Shown here: in pieces, positions 48,340 through 60,100 of the stretch
Layout: every line of letters begins with the position of its first letter
Position numbering within the stretch: the first letter of the stretch is position 1
NCBI GenBank assembly: GCA_043228905.1
Contig: JBHGNT010000015.1
Span: forward strand, 5,642,001-5,706,000
Source: Azolla caroliniana
Lineage: Eukaryota; Plantae; Polypodiophyta
Reading direction: 5' to 3'
DNA: 64,000 nt
Notes under the pieces: generated by a model
Database searches by the model: none
The model's input: the letters and a program-made list of their open reading frames with translations, nothing else
Told to the model about the DNA's origin: nothing
Program-made: the position numbers and the translations under genes

Positions 48340-51300
48340 TGTCGTGAAGATTTTCGTCCATAGGCGGAAAACCGAGCGAAGTAAGCAAACCCGCGATGTG
48401 CAACGTTGCACATCAACATGTTGTATTTCTATTTATCGATAGTGATAAGTATGGTGCTAGAAATGCACCTTAGGATCGTAAAGTGTAAAGGTGATGTGCT
48501 TTTGCGCGCACATCCGCGTGAGAGAGAGAGATAGGTACATAGTAGTTCGTGTAGAGGTGGGAGTTAGGACCCATCCTTCCCACCTCCCCTAAAATCAAGG
48601 GAAATATCCCCATTGATTGAAAGGGGATATTTTGTAGCACCCTTTTGCAAACGGTCTTCTCTCCTTGTGCTATAAAAGGAGAGGAAGAGCACCATTGTGG
48701 GGGTTGCCTTATTTTGAGTGTGAGTGAGGTATACCATTTCGTTTTAGGGTTAGGGTTTCTTTTCTTCTTCGTCGGATTAGGGTTTCGGGTTTATCATAGT
48801 CGTTTGGTGCGGCCTACGCGGCCGCCATTTTGTAATCGGTTTCGGTTCTAATATATCTTGTTGAGCATTTGGCCTCCATCTTCCTCTTGTTCATTCTACC
48901 TCTTCTTGTGCTAAGCTCCATTCCGAAGTCCTATTCCTTCTCCCCTTCTCCTTAGTCCGAGACCCCCGTGGTTCCGCCCTTCTCCACGCACGCGCGTAAC
49001 AACGCGACATCTTTGGTGAACCCGACGTGAAGGGCGGCAAGGGAGAAAGAGATGGAAGAAGGCTTCGACTTCGAGGAGATGATGACAAAGATCTTGATGG
49101 ACGCCGGACGGAAGAGGGCGAGGCGAGAGGCGGCTCAACAAGCGGTCGAAAGGGTGGTCCGTCTAGTCGGCCGGTTCGATGGGAAGGAGGTCCCAAAATT
49201 TTTGAGAGCCTACGATGCGGAAATGACGGGGATGGGCGTGGACGAAGCGACGAGGCTAGAGTTCTTTCGTCGAGCGGCGGCCGCATCAAAGTACGAGGAG
49301 GTCAAGGAGCTCCAAGAAGCTCACGAATCGTGGGAGTCCTTTGAAGGGGCTCTAATGGAGGCATACGGGTGCGCGGAATCGGAGGTAGGAGGTCGGCGAG
49401 AGTTCGATTGGTGGGTGGCGTCGGTGAGGCGCCATCGGAGCGCAATAGAGGCATTCCGAGAGTTCGAGCGTCGTTTCTCTCAACTCTCGGAGTGGGAACG
49501 AAGATCGGTGGGGGCGGACAAAGTCCTCCTATTTTTGGAGACGGTCCATCATGAGGAGAGGATGGACATCATGTTCGAGCTTCAAGACGATTATGGGGCG
49601 CATGGTCTCACCGAGGAGTGGCCCGAAGTGGAATGGGTGTGTCGGCAACATGAGGCGAGGCGGTCGGCCACAACACGGCCCGCGAGCGGGGGAGAAGAGA
49701 GAGCGACGACCGACTACGCCATGCCGCCGGACGAGAGCTCATCGCGAACCGGTTTGGAGGGGCTCGACCTACAAGCGCTAATACGGGAGGCGTGCGGGCT
49801 CGTAATGGCGAAAATCGAAGCCGAAGAATGGCTTATTGCGGGGTCGGGTCCGAGCGGATCGGAGGACGCGGAGGAAGGAGCTTCCTCACACATGGAGGAC
49901 GGGGCCTATGCGGAGGCCGAAAGAGAATGGTACATCGGTACCACGGGAGAGGGTGCGGAGCGAGCCGTCCTCTCGACATGGGGGAAAAGAACGACCGGGG
50001 ACGAGGTCGGGGACGGTGAGGCGGCGATCGCCTATTTGAGCGGACATGGCGGATTCGGGACACGGTGGCCCGAATCATCGAGTACGGAGGAGACAAGCGG
50101 CGGTGCCGCAACCTTCCACGCACCGGTTCAAGAGACCACGGCGGCCGGCCCGAGCGCCCGCGTGAGACCGAGGGAAAAGAACGGTGGCGGCGGCAAGGCG
50201 GGCAACCGAGACAACGGTAAGGAGACCGCGGAAGAGGCGGCGGCAAGCATAACCGATGCTTGCATATACGGAGGCGGGGCAGCCACGGACAACGACGTCC
50301 GAGCGGAGGTGGCTACGGACATTACATCGACGAGTGGCGGTCCCGCGACCTTACACGCGTCATTCCTAGAGATCACGGCGGCCGGCCCGAGTGCCCGCGT
50401 AAGACCTATGGTGAAAGGCGGTGGCGGTGGCAAGGCGGGCGACCACGGCGTCGACACGAGAGAAGGTGCGGAGCAAGCGACCATCTCATCTCGGGGAAAA
50501 AGAACGGCCATGGACGAGGCCGATATCTACGGAGCGATGGACGCCACTTCGAGAGTGGGCGGAAGTTTCGGGACGCGGTTGCCCGAAACGTTCTACGAGG
50601 ATTTCGCGAGCATACTCGAGGCTTGCGAAATGGAGGAGGAAGACGAAACGAGCGATGGTGTCGCGACCTTCCACACACCGGCCCTAGAGGCTTCGGCGGT
50701 CGGCCCGAGTGCCGGCACGAGACCTAGAGCTACGGACGGTGGCGGCGGCAAGGCGGACAACCGAGATGAGGACGAGACCGGCGAAGAAGAGGCGGCGGCA
50801 AGCATACTCGATGCTTGCGAAACCGAAGACGGGGTAGCCACGGACGACGATGTCCGAATGGAGGTGGCTACGGACGAGAGGAGTGGTGGTGTCGCGACCT
50901 TCCACACACCGGTCCTAGAGACTCCGGCACCCGGCCCGAGAGCCGGCGAAAGGCCTAGAGTGACGGACGGTGGCGGCGGCAAGGGGGGCAACCGAAACGA
51001 CGACGACATGGGAGAGGGTGCGGAGCGAGCAACCCTCTCGTCTTGCGGCGAATGGACGGCCAAGGATGAGGCCGGTGACTACAAAGCGGAGAGCGCCACT
51101 TCGAAAGTGGGCGGAAGATTCGGGGCACGGCGGCCCAAAACATCGAGCGGAGAGGAGGCGAGCGGTGGTGCCGCGACCTTCCACACACCGGCCCTAGAGG
51201 CTTCGGCGGTCGGCCCGAGTGCCGGCACGAGACCTAGAACGACGGGCGGTGGTGGCGGCAAGGCGGGCAAACAAAATGACGCGGAGAACGGCGAAGAAGA

Positions 51301-53643
51301 GGTGGTGGCAAGCATACTAGAGGCTTACGGAATCGGAGATGGGGGAGCCGCGGACAACGACGTCCGAACGAAAGCGGCTACGGAGACAACAAGCGGCGGT
51401 GCCGGGTCCTTACCCACACCAATCCTAGAGGCTCCAATGGCCGGACCGAGTGCCGGCATAAGGCTTAGTGCGACGGGAGGTGACGGCGGCAAGGCGGGCA
51501 ACGGAAACGAGAAGGAAGATTGGAGCGGACGGAGGCAAGACCCCTTGACACCGGGGCCGGAGACTTCGGCGGTTGTGCTCGAATGCCAACGTGAGACCGG
51601 AGAGATGGGCGGTGACCATGAGGAGGTGAGGCCCGGAGAGAGCGCATACGAAGACGAGTATGCGGGGCCCGGAATGGGCGTATACGGTGGGTCCGACGGA
51701 GAGGACCGGAGCGGAAACGAGGAGAGAGTCGGGAACCGACCCGACCGGAATACGGCACGGAAGAAGAAGAGAGTAAGGGCCGGCGAACCGGGCCCAAACC
51801 GAAGGAAGCCGGCGAGACCGATTGGCCGGTTATGGTTACGGTTACGGTTACGATGGGAGCCGGTAAGCGCGAGATGGAGGCTAACCGGGCACGACGACCA
51901 TGGTTCGGGGGAAAAACGGAAACAAACGAGACCCTCCATACCCACTCTAGAGACTACGGCGGTTGCGGATCAACATAAGACCGGAGAGACGGCGGGTGGC
52001 GGCGAGGAGTCGGAGGCCGGAGCGTACGAGGTTACCGGAACGGATATCCGGTACGAGATGGTGGACGGGTGGGTCCAAGACGGCGAGCCCGTGTCGGGAC
52101 GGGCTACAGCGACAAAGGAGGAGAAGACCGACACGGACGTCAGGTCTACGGCGGAAGAGCGAGACGAGATGCATGCAATACGGCCGATGGAGGGCCAAGA
52201 CACAAGCATGCCTACGAAGGAACCACATTGAGCGACCGAAGATGACGGTCGGATCACGCCTTCGAGAGGCGAATACGAGGAGGAAGGCGACGACGACAAG
52301 ACCTGGCACGATGCTAGGGAAGATTGGTGGGAAGAGGTGGCCTACGGAGAGGCTAAGACCGGCGGCCACGAAGATAAGGCCCGAGAGGGATCCTCCACAC
52401 CGGCTATAGAGACTCCGGCGGTCGGCGCGAGTGCCGACGTGAGACCAAGAGTGGCGAACGGTGGCGGCGAGGGGACGAAGGCCACAATGGATGAAGGCAC
52501 CGAGAGAGGCCTACGGAAGGCAAGCGCGGAGCGAGAAGAGTCGGCACGACGAGGTGCGCGGCACGAAAAAGGCGGATCCGGAGGATATGCGAGGCGGACA
52601 AAGGGTCGGCAACGGCGTTCGGGAGGACCGATCGGGGAAGAAAGTGCGGGCATCGGAAACGGCGGTCCGGATGTAGACGGTGGTTCGAGGAAACACGGTG
52701 GACGTGGCGGATCGGGTGGAGGCAACGACTCGGCGAACGTCGTCAAGTGTGGCGGATCGGACGGAGCCGACGGTTCGAGACCATTCGACGGAGATGGTGG
52801 GCCGGAAGGCGACGGTGGTTCGTGTGGACGGGGTGGACTTGCTCGAAGTGGAAGACAATGCCGGGCAAGCCCACGAGGTTGTCAAGGGCTCGGTTGGCCG
52901 CCTTGGCCGAAAATCTCGCGTTTTGTTCCCCTTTTGGCACATACCGGTGGATGTGCGGTTAGGTGGGGGCGGATGTCGTGAAGATTTTCGTCCATAGGCG
53001 GAAAACCGAGCGAAGTAAGCAAACCCGCGATGTGCAACGTTGCACATCAACATGTTGTATTTCTATTTATCGATAGTGATAAGTATGGTGCTAGAAATGC
53101 ACCTTAGGATTGTAAAGTGTAAAGGTGATGTGCTTTTGCGCGCACATCCGCGTGAGAGAGAGAGATAGGTACATAGTAGTTCGTGTAGAGGTGGGAGTTA
53201 GGACCCATCCTTCCCACCTCCCCTAAAATCAAGGGAAATATCCCCATTGATTGAAAGGGGATATTTTGTAGCACCCTTTTGCAAACGGTCTTCTCTCCTT
53301 GTGCTATAAAAGGAGAGGAAGAGCACCATTGTGGGGGTTGCCTTATTTTGAGTGTGAGTGAGGTATACCATTTCGTTTTAGGGTTAGGGTTTCTTTTCTT
53401 CTTCGTCGGATTAGGGTTTCGGGTTTATCATAGTCGTTTGGTGCGGCCTACGCGGCCGCCATTTTGTAATCGGTTTCGGTTCTAATATATCTTGTTGAGC
53501 ATTTGGCCTCCATCTTCCTCTTGTTCATTCTACCTCTTCTTGTGCTAAGCTCCATTCCGAAGTCCTATTCCTTCTCCCCTTCTCCTTAGTCCGAGACCCC
53601 CGTGGTTCCGCCCTTCTCCACGCACGCGCGTAACAACGCGACA
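48340..53643 (+). mobile_element. Young non-autonomous gag-only Ty3/gypsy element
   Basis: 670-bp LTRs 48340-49009 and 52974-53643, one mismatch seen. TSD acgt. tRNA-Trp PBS at 49014-49031. PPT region ggttaggtgggggcgga. No pol. Confidence 0.95.
49052..52231 (+). CDS. 1059-aa Gag capsid-like domain plus long acidic Gly/Ala/Thr-rich tandem repeats
   Basis: The first 200 aa or so align with the helper Gag (GRFDGKEVPKFLRAYDAEM vs GRFSGKDATKYLASYGAEM; EFERRFSQLS vs EFEERFARLS; LTEEW vs LTTDW). Six GG.AT.H.P..GPSA..RP..GGGGKAG-type modules. No CCHC, PR, RT or INT. Confidence 0.85.
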   Translation: MEEGFDFEEMMTKILMDAGRKRARREAAQQAVERVVRLVGRFDGKEVPKFLRAYDAEMTGMGVDEATRLEFFRRAAAASKYEEVKELQEAHESWESFEGALMEAYGCAESEVGGRREFDWWVASVRRHRSAIEAFREFERRFSQLSEWERRSVGADKVLLFLETVHHEERMDIMFELQDDYGAHGLTEEWPEVEWVCRQHEARRSATTRPASGGEERATTDYAMPPDESSSRTGLEGLDLQALIREACGLVMAKIEAEEWLIAGSGPSGSEDAEEGASSHMEDGAYAEAEREWYIGTTGEGAERAVLSTWGKRTTGDEVGDGEAAIAYLSGHGGFGTRWPESSSTEETSGGAATFHAPVQETTAAGPSARVRPREKNGGGGKAGNRDNGKETAEEAAASITDACIYGGGAATDNDVRAEVATDITSTSGGPATLHASFLEITAAGPSARVRPMVKGGGGGKAGDHGVDTREGAEQATISSRGKRTAMDEADIYGAMDATSRVGGSFGTRLPETFYEDFASILEACEMEEEDETSDGVATFHTPALEASAVGPSAGTRPRATDGGGGKADNRDEDETGEEEAAASILDACETEDGVATDDDVRMEVATDERSGGVATFHTPVLETPAPGPRAGERPRVTDGGGGKGGNRNDDDMGEGAERATLSSCGEWTAKDEAGDYKAESATSKVGGRFGARRPKTSSGEEASGGAATFHTPALEASAVGPSAGTRPRTTGGGGGKAGKQNDAENGEEEVVASILEAYGIGDGGAADNDVRTKAATETTSGGAGSLPTPILEAPMAGPSAGIRLSATGGDGGKAGNGNEKEDWSGRRQDPLTPGPETSAVVLECQRETGEMGGDHEEVRPGESAYEDEYAGPGMGVYGGSDGEDRSGNEERVGNRPDRNTARKKKRVRAGEPGPNRRKPARPIGRLWLRLRLRWEPVSARWRLTGHDDHGSGEKRKQTRPSIPTLETTAVADQHKTGETAGGGEESEAGAYEVTGTDIRYEMVDGWVQDGEPVSGRATATKEEKTDTDVRSTAEERDEMHAIRPMEGQDTSMPTKEPH

Positions 53644-53731
53644 ACGTAACTAGTTCTTGTTTCGTTTCTTGCCCAATGCAATGCGTATGAATCCTAAACC
53701 TGAAAGTTACTATATATATCACTCAATATTC

Positions 53732-55090
53732 TGTTGGGAAACATGTCCCTCCGGATAGGAAGAGAAGGACCATGCTGGTGAGTATGTCGACCCAGGCCGA
53801 AACTGAAACCAGAACCAAAACCGAATCGTAATCGGAAACCGAAATCAAAATCAAAATCAAAAACCGAAATCGTTTTGGAAGACTATAATTGTAAATAGTC
53901 TAAAATGCCCTTGTGGGTTATACTTGTAAATAGCTAGAAAGTTGCTTTTGTTTATAACCAACTAGGGCAAACTTTAGTAAAATATGTAGTTGAGCATTAT
54001 TGAAAAAGTTAGAACGAGGTAGTTGCCTTTGTAACTGTGAGTGAGAGAGTGAGAGTGTAACTCTATAGCTGTCTATCAAATGAAGGAGAACTCGAGGTCG
54101 TTGCCTCCGAGTTCTGTATTTGTACTTCCTCTCTACTATAGTGATCTATTTTCTTGGGGTTTGTGGACCCCCATGGTTTTTCCCATTTCGGGTTTTCTAC
54201 GTAAAAGATTGGTGTCTCTGTGTCTGCACATTTTTATGTCTGTCTACTACTTCTTGTTCTCTGCACACGAATACAAATGTGCAAACAGTTGTGGCCGGTC
54301 GATTCCTAACAAAGTGGTATCAGAGCGATGGAAGACTCGTTCGGTGGCATGTTTAAGTTGACCGGCTCCAACTACTCAGTGTCGAAGTCATAGATGAGAG
54401 ACATGCTTGTGTGCAAAGAGCTCTGGCTACCAATGCAGTTCGGAGATAGAAAACTAGACAAGATCAATGCTGCGACTTGGGAAGTGTTGCATCTTATGTC
54501 AGCCACATATATAAGTTGTTTTATAGACATGATTCTATACAACAACTTTGGCGATGAAGTAGAAGCAAACGTCCTATGGAAGAAGATCGATGTTATGTTT
54601 GAAATCAAGAACGCTGTGAACCGAGTCTCAGTATTTTGAAAAATCGTGAGGCTTTGGTATCAGGATGGCTCCAGTATGGCGGAGCACATCAATGCCTTCC
54701 AAGGATTGATGAACCAAACCACCTCTCTAAAAGTACCTCTGGCCGATGAGGTATTAGCATTGTTGTTGCTAGGATCCCTTCCGGACAACATTGTTGTTGC
54801 TGGGCAAGACTGGGCCAAAAAGGAAGCATTTGTCCTAGAGCTGGGGAAGTTGAGCTTGCTAAACGAAGAAGCTCGTTGGACGAACCATGCATCCAATACC
54901 GACTAGAAGGCCTTAGTTATAGAAGGTGACACAATTCGGGGAAGAGACCGAAATCGAAGTCCCTAGAACCGAGATAAGTCGGGGACCAGGCCGATGTCGA
55001 GGAGGAGACCCAAGTGCTTCTATTGTGGGAAGCCAGGGCACTTCCAGAAAAACTGTCGTCACTTTCGAAAGGAGAAAGGGGGAGTTCATG
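53732..55090 (+). mobile_element. Truncated copia F (family A): 5' LTR 53732-54311, PBS, decayed gag
   Basis: TG..CA LTR. tggtatcagagc at 54315. MEDSFGGMFKL. CFYCGKPGHFQKNC. Confidence 0.8.
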
Positions 55091-56319
55091 GTATATGTCT
55101 CCTTCCTAACAAGGGGTATTCATATGTTGAAGCACAAAGTCTCTATGTGTTAATAAAGCATACACATCTGAGCTCAACCTTCTAGGTGGTGTCCTAAGTA
55201 TGGATCTTAAGTTATCATAGAACGAATTGCACTATATGTCGAGCATGTGAAGAGCAAGTGACATTCATCCTCTACCATGCCTTCATTGCATACTTTACAT
55301 TTCTTCAAATTCGTTACATTTTGATACCATGATGCAACTTCAATACCTAACTTGTGATATCGAGTGCGAAGTAGTGTAAGGGCTCTACGAGCATTGCTAC
55401 TCATATTGGTAATGAGATAAGGTTGGATGCGATCAATAGACATTCTTGCTTTATATTGAAACCAACATTCAGGGTTGACATTTGCAATGTAGTATTCTAG
55501 CTTTGTCCTCTTAGCATCCTCCCACTTCATCCTTAATGATTCCATCAACCTTTCCTCAATCATTACATATTGCATAACATTGCCTGAAAGCTCTAAAAGA
55601 TCATCCACACCCCATCTTCTAAACCATTTCTTTATGTCAACAACCCAACCAGATGAGAGAATCTTACTTTTATGATTCTTTTGTAGCTTACATCCAACAT
55701 TCGAAGAAAGATGTGGTAATCGATGATTCGGCATATTCTTGACTTTTGTAATGTATTTATATACTCTTTGGAGTGCCAATAGTTCTATGGGTCGAACATC
55801 CGTTTCCAAGAGCATAACCTGGTAAGAGGTAGTGCATTTAACTCATTATTGCTTCCTTAAAAACATCTTTTGAATTTTCTCAATCTCGTTCCATGCATTA
55901 AGAAAGATGGTGCCACCCCATACTTCTACTCCATAAAGCAATACTTGAGTTACCATGGCATTGAAAACCATTAATTTTACTTCCCATCCACAAGTATCAC
56001 TTTGGTTGCATTGGTTCTCCAAAAGCTAATATGATTTCCAACCGGCTCGGAGTCTAGAATCAAAGCATGCACTCCATTTAATTGTGGTGGGTACATCAAT
56101 ACCAATATATTTAAAGCTTTTAACAAATTAAATATGTTCACCTTTATATGTGAGCATAGGGTAATGATGAGGTTGGATGGTTTGCACTACCATCATTTTT
56201 GTTTTCTCCACATTCACTGATAGTCCACTACTATGGCAAAATTCTTCTTATACCCCAAGTAAATGTTGCATACTATCAACATCATATGAGAAGAGCACCA
56301 CATCATCTGCATACAGAAG
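55090..56319 (-). mobile_element. LINE ORF2 3' part (RT C-terminus and Cys/His finger); continues at 62733-62845, with a duplicate at 56691-56800
   Basis: LLYADDVVLF at about 56290-56319. FKYIG. C..C...EDE.HLLF.C in ORF 55207-55815. LFGLCIDKLEE beyond the copia insertion. Confidence 0.85.
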
Positions 56320-56806
56320 TGTTGAGAATCAAGCTCAACTTGGTCTAGTGTGTGAACTCACCTTGAGAGTGAATAGACACTCCAACGGTCAAGAGTCACC
56401 ACTATGTCACCACTTTGTATTCTAGCATTTAGTATGAGTCATAGAATCATATTCTATGACACATAACTTATGAGCTTTCACATTCCCCATGCTCCATGAG
56501 AATTGTAGTTAATGAAGAGAGAGGATGACTATATAAAGCACCCTCCTCCCACTTTGTATAATGTTGAGTCCTTCTCCTTTGTCAATATACTTTTACCTTG
56601 CGTATTCCTTGTCTCTCTCTCTCTCTCTCATACACACACATAACTCATATCTCTTCCGCTTCACAAGAATCCATCTCTTGATTCTTTACAAGAAGCAATA
56701 AGATAACATGTCGCATCAAATTGGGGCCATTCCATCCTTCTTCTCTTGCAACCTTATTCACCACTTCTTCTAATTTATCAATACATAAGCCAAAGAGAAG
56801 GAGAGG

Positions 56807-56840
<34 letters not shown>

Positions 56841-57181
56841 AGAAAATGTAACTGTATTCAAAATATAATTCCCCATGCTCCATGAGTCTTGTAGTTAATG
56901 AAGAGAGAGGGTGACTATATACTTTTACCTTGCGTATTCCTTCTCTCTCTCTCTCTCTCTCATACACACACATAACTCATATCTCTTCCGCTTCACAAGA
57001 ATCCATCTCTTGATTCTTTACATGGTATCAGAGCGATTTGGTTGCTCGATCTAGCCCATTCGCCTCATCGTGATCGTGTGTTGTGCTCTACGCCGACGAC
57101 CAAGAACCGGCTCATAGCTATCGTGGCTTTGCTACATAGCTCGCACTCGAAGAGAGAAGAAGAAGAAGAAGAATCGACATA

Positions 57182-60100
57182 ATGAATACTCAAATGGGGA
57201 GCGCTCTCCTGACCGAGAAGTTGGATCAAAACAACTTTGCATCTTGGGAGTACAAGATGCACCAATACCTTATCGGACAAGGCTATTGGAGCTACATCAA
57301 AGGAGCGCATGAAGACCGACCCGCCGAAGCGGCTCCCGGATACGTGACATGGGAGCAAGCCGCAAGCCGCGTGATGTATTGTTTGGCGACATGTGTTCAC
57401 GACCACATGCTTGGTTACATTCGAGAAGCCAAGACGCTGAAGGAAGCGTGGGAAAATCTACGAAAGATTTTCGCCCCCAAAACGACTGCGAGGAAGCTTC
57501 AACTCCGCCAAGAGTTGAACAACATTCAACAAAGGGACATGTCCATCTTGACATACACCTTGAAGATCAAGGAGCTTTGCGAATCGCTCGGCTCAATAAG
57601 CGTAAGTATAGATGATGATGAGATGGTGCAAATATGCCTCGGCGGCCTTGCACCACGGTTCGGCGCAATGCGAACCGCCATTCTAGCACGAGAGAAATCT
57701 CCCTCCTTCTTCGAGCTCCAATCAATGCTATTGGTTGAAGAAAAGCACGTGCGTACAAGGAGCAATGAGTCGGAAGGCCATATGCTCTACATGCACTCTA
57801 ATGGAGGAAGAGGACGCGGACGAGTGAGAGGCCGATTCAGCCAAGGACAAGGCGGACGAGGTCCGACCTACGACAACAACTCCCAATTTCGGCCGCAAAA
57901 CGGAGGCCAACGAGGAACCTTCGCAAGAAGGGGGAGCTTCCACTCCGGCCCGAGCCATCAAAACGCAACCGAATGCGGATATTGCGGAAAGCTCGGCCAC
58001 CACGAAGAAGAGTGCCGAAAGAAGATGCGTGAATCGGCTTCCACAACCCGACAACTCACGAATTACGCACACAACTCCGACTACGAAGATCGTGGCGGAA
58101 TGTATGCGCACAACTCCGATCGTGGCGGAATGTTCATGATGAAACATAGAGCAAACTCTATGTCGACCGCTACCTCAACTAGTGCCTCCGGTCCGGAAGA
58201 TGTATGGTTCGTCGATTCCGGTGCCTCGAACCATATGACATCGCATCAAGAATGGTTCCGAGAACTTTGAGAGCCGGACCGACCCGGCTATGTCGAAACC
58301 AGAGACGACACTATGCACCCGATTCGGAACATTGGCAATGTTCCGTTCGGAAAAGAAGGTAAGCAAAATTACATTAAAAATGTCTTGCATGTACCGACCA
58401 TTATGAAGAATTTGGTCTCCATCGGCCAAATTGTAGAGCAAGGGATGCAAGTTCGATTTAATCAAGGCGGTTGCTTTATCGAAAAAGAGGGCCGACTCAT
58501 CGCACGCGGACGAAGAGAGGGCCGGATGTTCATTCTTGATTCACGCGAGATGAAATTCGCCATGTTCGCGAAAAACACGAAAGCCGACTCCGACATAGAG
58601 CTATGGCACAAGCTAATCGGCCACATCAATCTCAACAAACTCAAAGCAATGAAATCGAAAGGAGTCGTCATCAGACTCCCGACATTCAAAGAGACAGAGA
58701 TTGAAGGTGTATGCGAAGCGTGCCAATTCGGCAAGCAACACCAACACCCATTCCTGAAAGAGCGGAACGTGAGCAAAGGTCTATTCGACGTAGTCCATTC
58801 CGACGTATGGGGACCGGCGCAGACGGCTATATTCGGCGGATGCCGATATTACATGCTCTTCATCGATGACTTCTCTAGGCACACTTGGATCTACCCGATG
58901 TGGCAAAAGAGCGAAGTGTTCGGACACTTCCAAAATTTCAAGAATGAAGTCGAGAAAGCCACAGGCCGACATGTACGATGGCTTCGATCGGATGGCGGCA
59001 AGGAGTACTTCTCGGACGATTTCACGACGTATCTCTGAAAGGAAGGAATTCGGTGAGAATTCACTTGCTGACAGACTCTGCAACAAAATGGAGTAGTCGA
59101 GCGCAAAAATCAGCACATCCTCGAAGTAGCGCGGGCCATGATGAACGAGAAGCATATGCCCAAGACATATTGGGCCGAAGTTGCAAATACGGCCGTCTAC
59201 CTAATGAACCGGTGCACAACATCCGGCGTGCACGAGGTCACTCCGCACGAAAAATACTTCGGAAAGAAGCCGGACTTATCGCACATCCCGATATTTGGTG
59301 CGATAGCGTACGTGCACATCCCTGACGAGAAGTGTCAAAAGCTTGACCCGAAGTCGGAGAAATGTATCCTCGTAGGATACTCATTGGAGCAAAAGGGGTA
59401 CAAGTGCTACAACCCCTCAACTCAAAAATCTCGAGTAAGTCGAGACGTCGTTTTTGACGAGTCCGCATCCTGGTACGCACTAGAGACAACTTCACATCTG
59501 CTCGACCCGGAATTTGCCGAACAAGAGATCGAGGATGAAGATCGCCCTACGCGCATGACCGAAGAAAGTCCGATCACGACCTGACTGAGCGGACCACAAG
59601 AGCCTTTGAGCAATCAAAGCACATCACAGCCTAGCCCGAAGATGGACAAAGGCAAGGCGAAAATAGCAGAATATGAAGTTGATCGCTTCGACGACGATGA
59701 ATAGACTCACTCACTCGATAGTGAGTTCGGCGGCTTCGATGTACCAATCGGAGCTAAGAAAGCCCTCATCTTGGCAAATGAAAAGATCTGCCGATCTACT
59801 CATGAAAAGAACCCCGTAAGCCGATTCGGCTACAACGATTATATGGCATACCATTACGCCTTTATGATGAAGGTAGCGATAGTACAGGAGCCGGAAACCT
59901 TTTCGGAAGCCGCGAAGGACCCGCGATGGATCGAAGCAATGAACGAGGAGATGCAAGCACTACGGAAGAACGAGACGTGGGATCTCGTTTCCACCTCACC
60001 ACACAAAAAGGTGATCGTGTAAGGAATAGACCCTTCTATTCACCTTCACCGTTCGGCCACAACCGAGAAATCTCCGAATCAATGGAGCAGAAAATAGGAA

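Noticed and set aside
48336-48343. Ty3-like targeting of the gypsy element upstream of tRNA genes
   Set aside because: The site is about 65 nt upstream of a tRNA position, but the other two family insertions are not near tRNAs.
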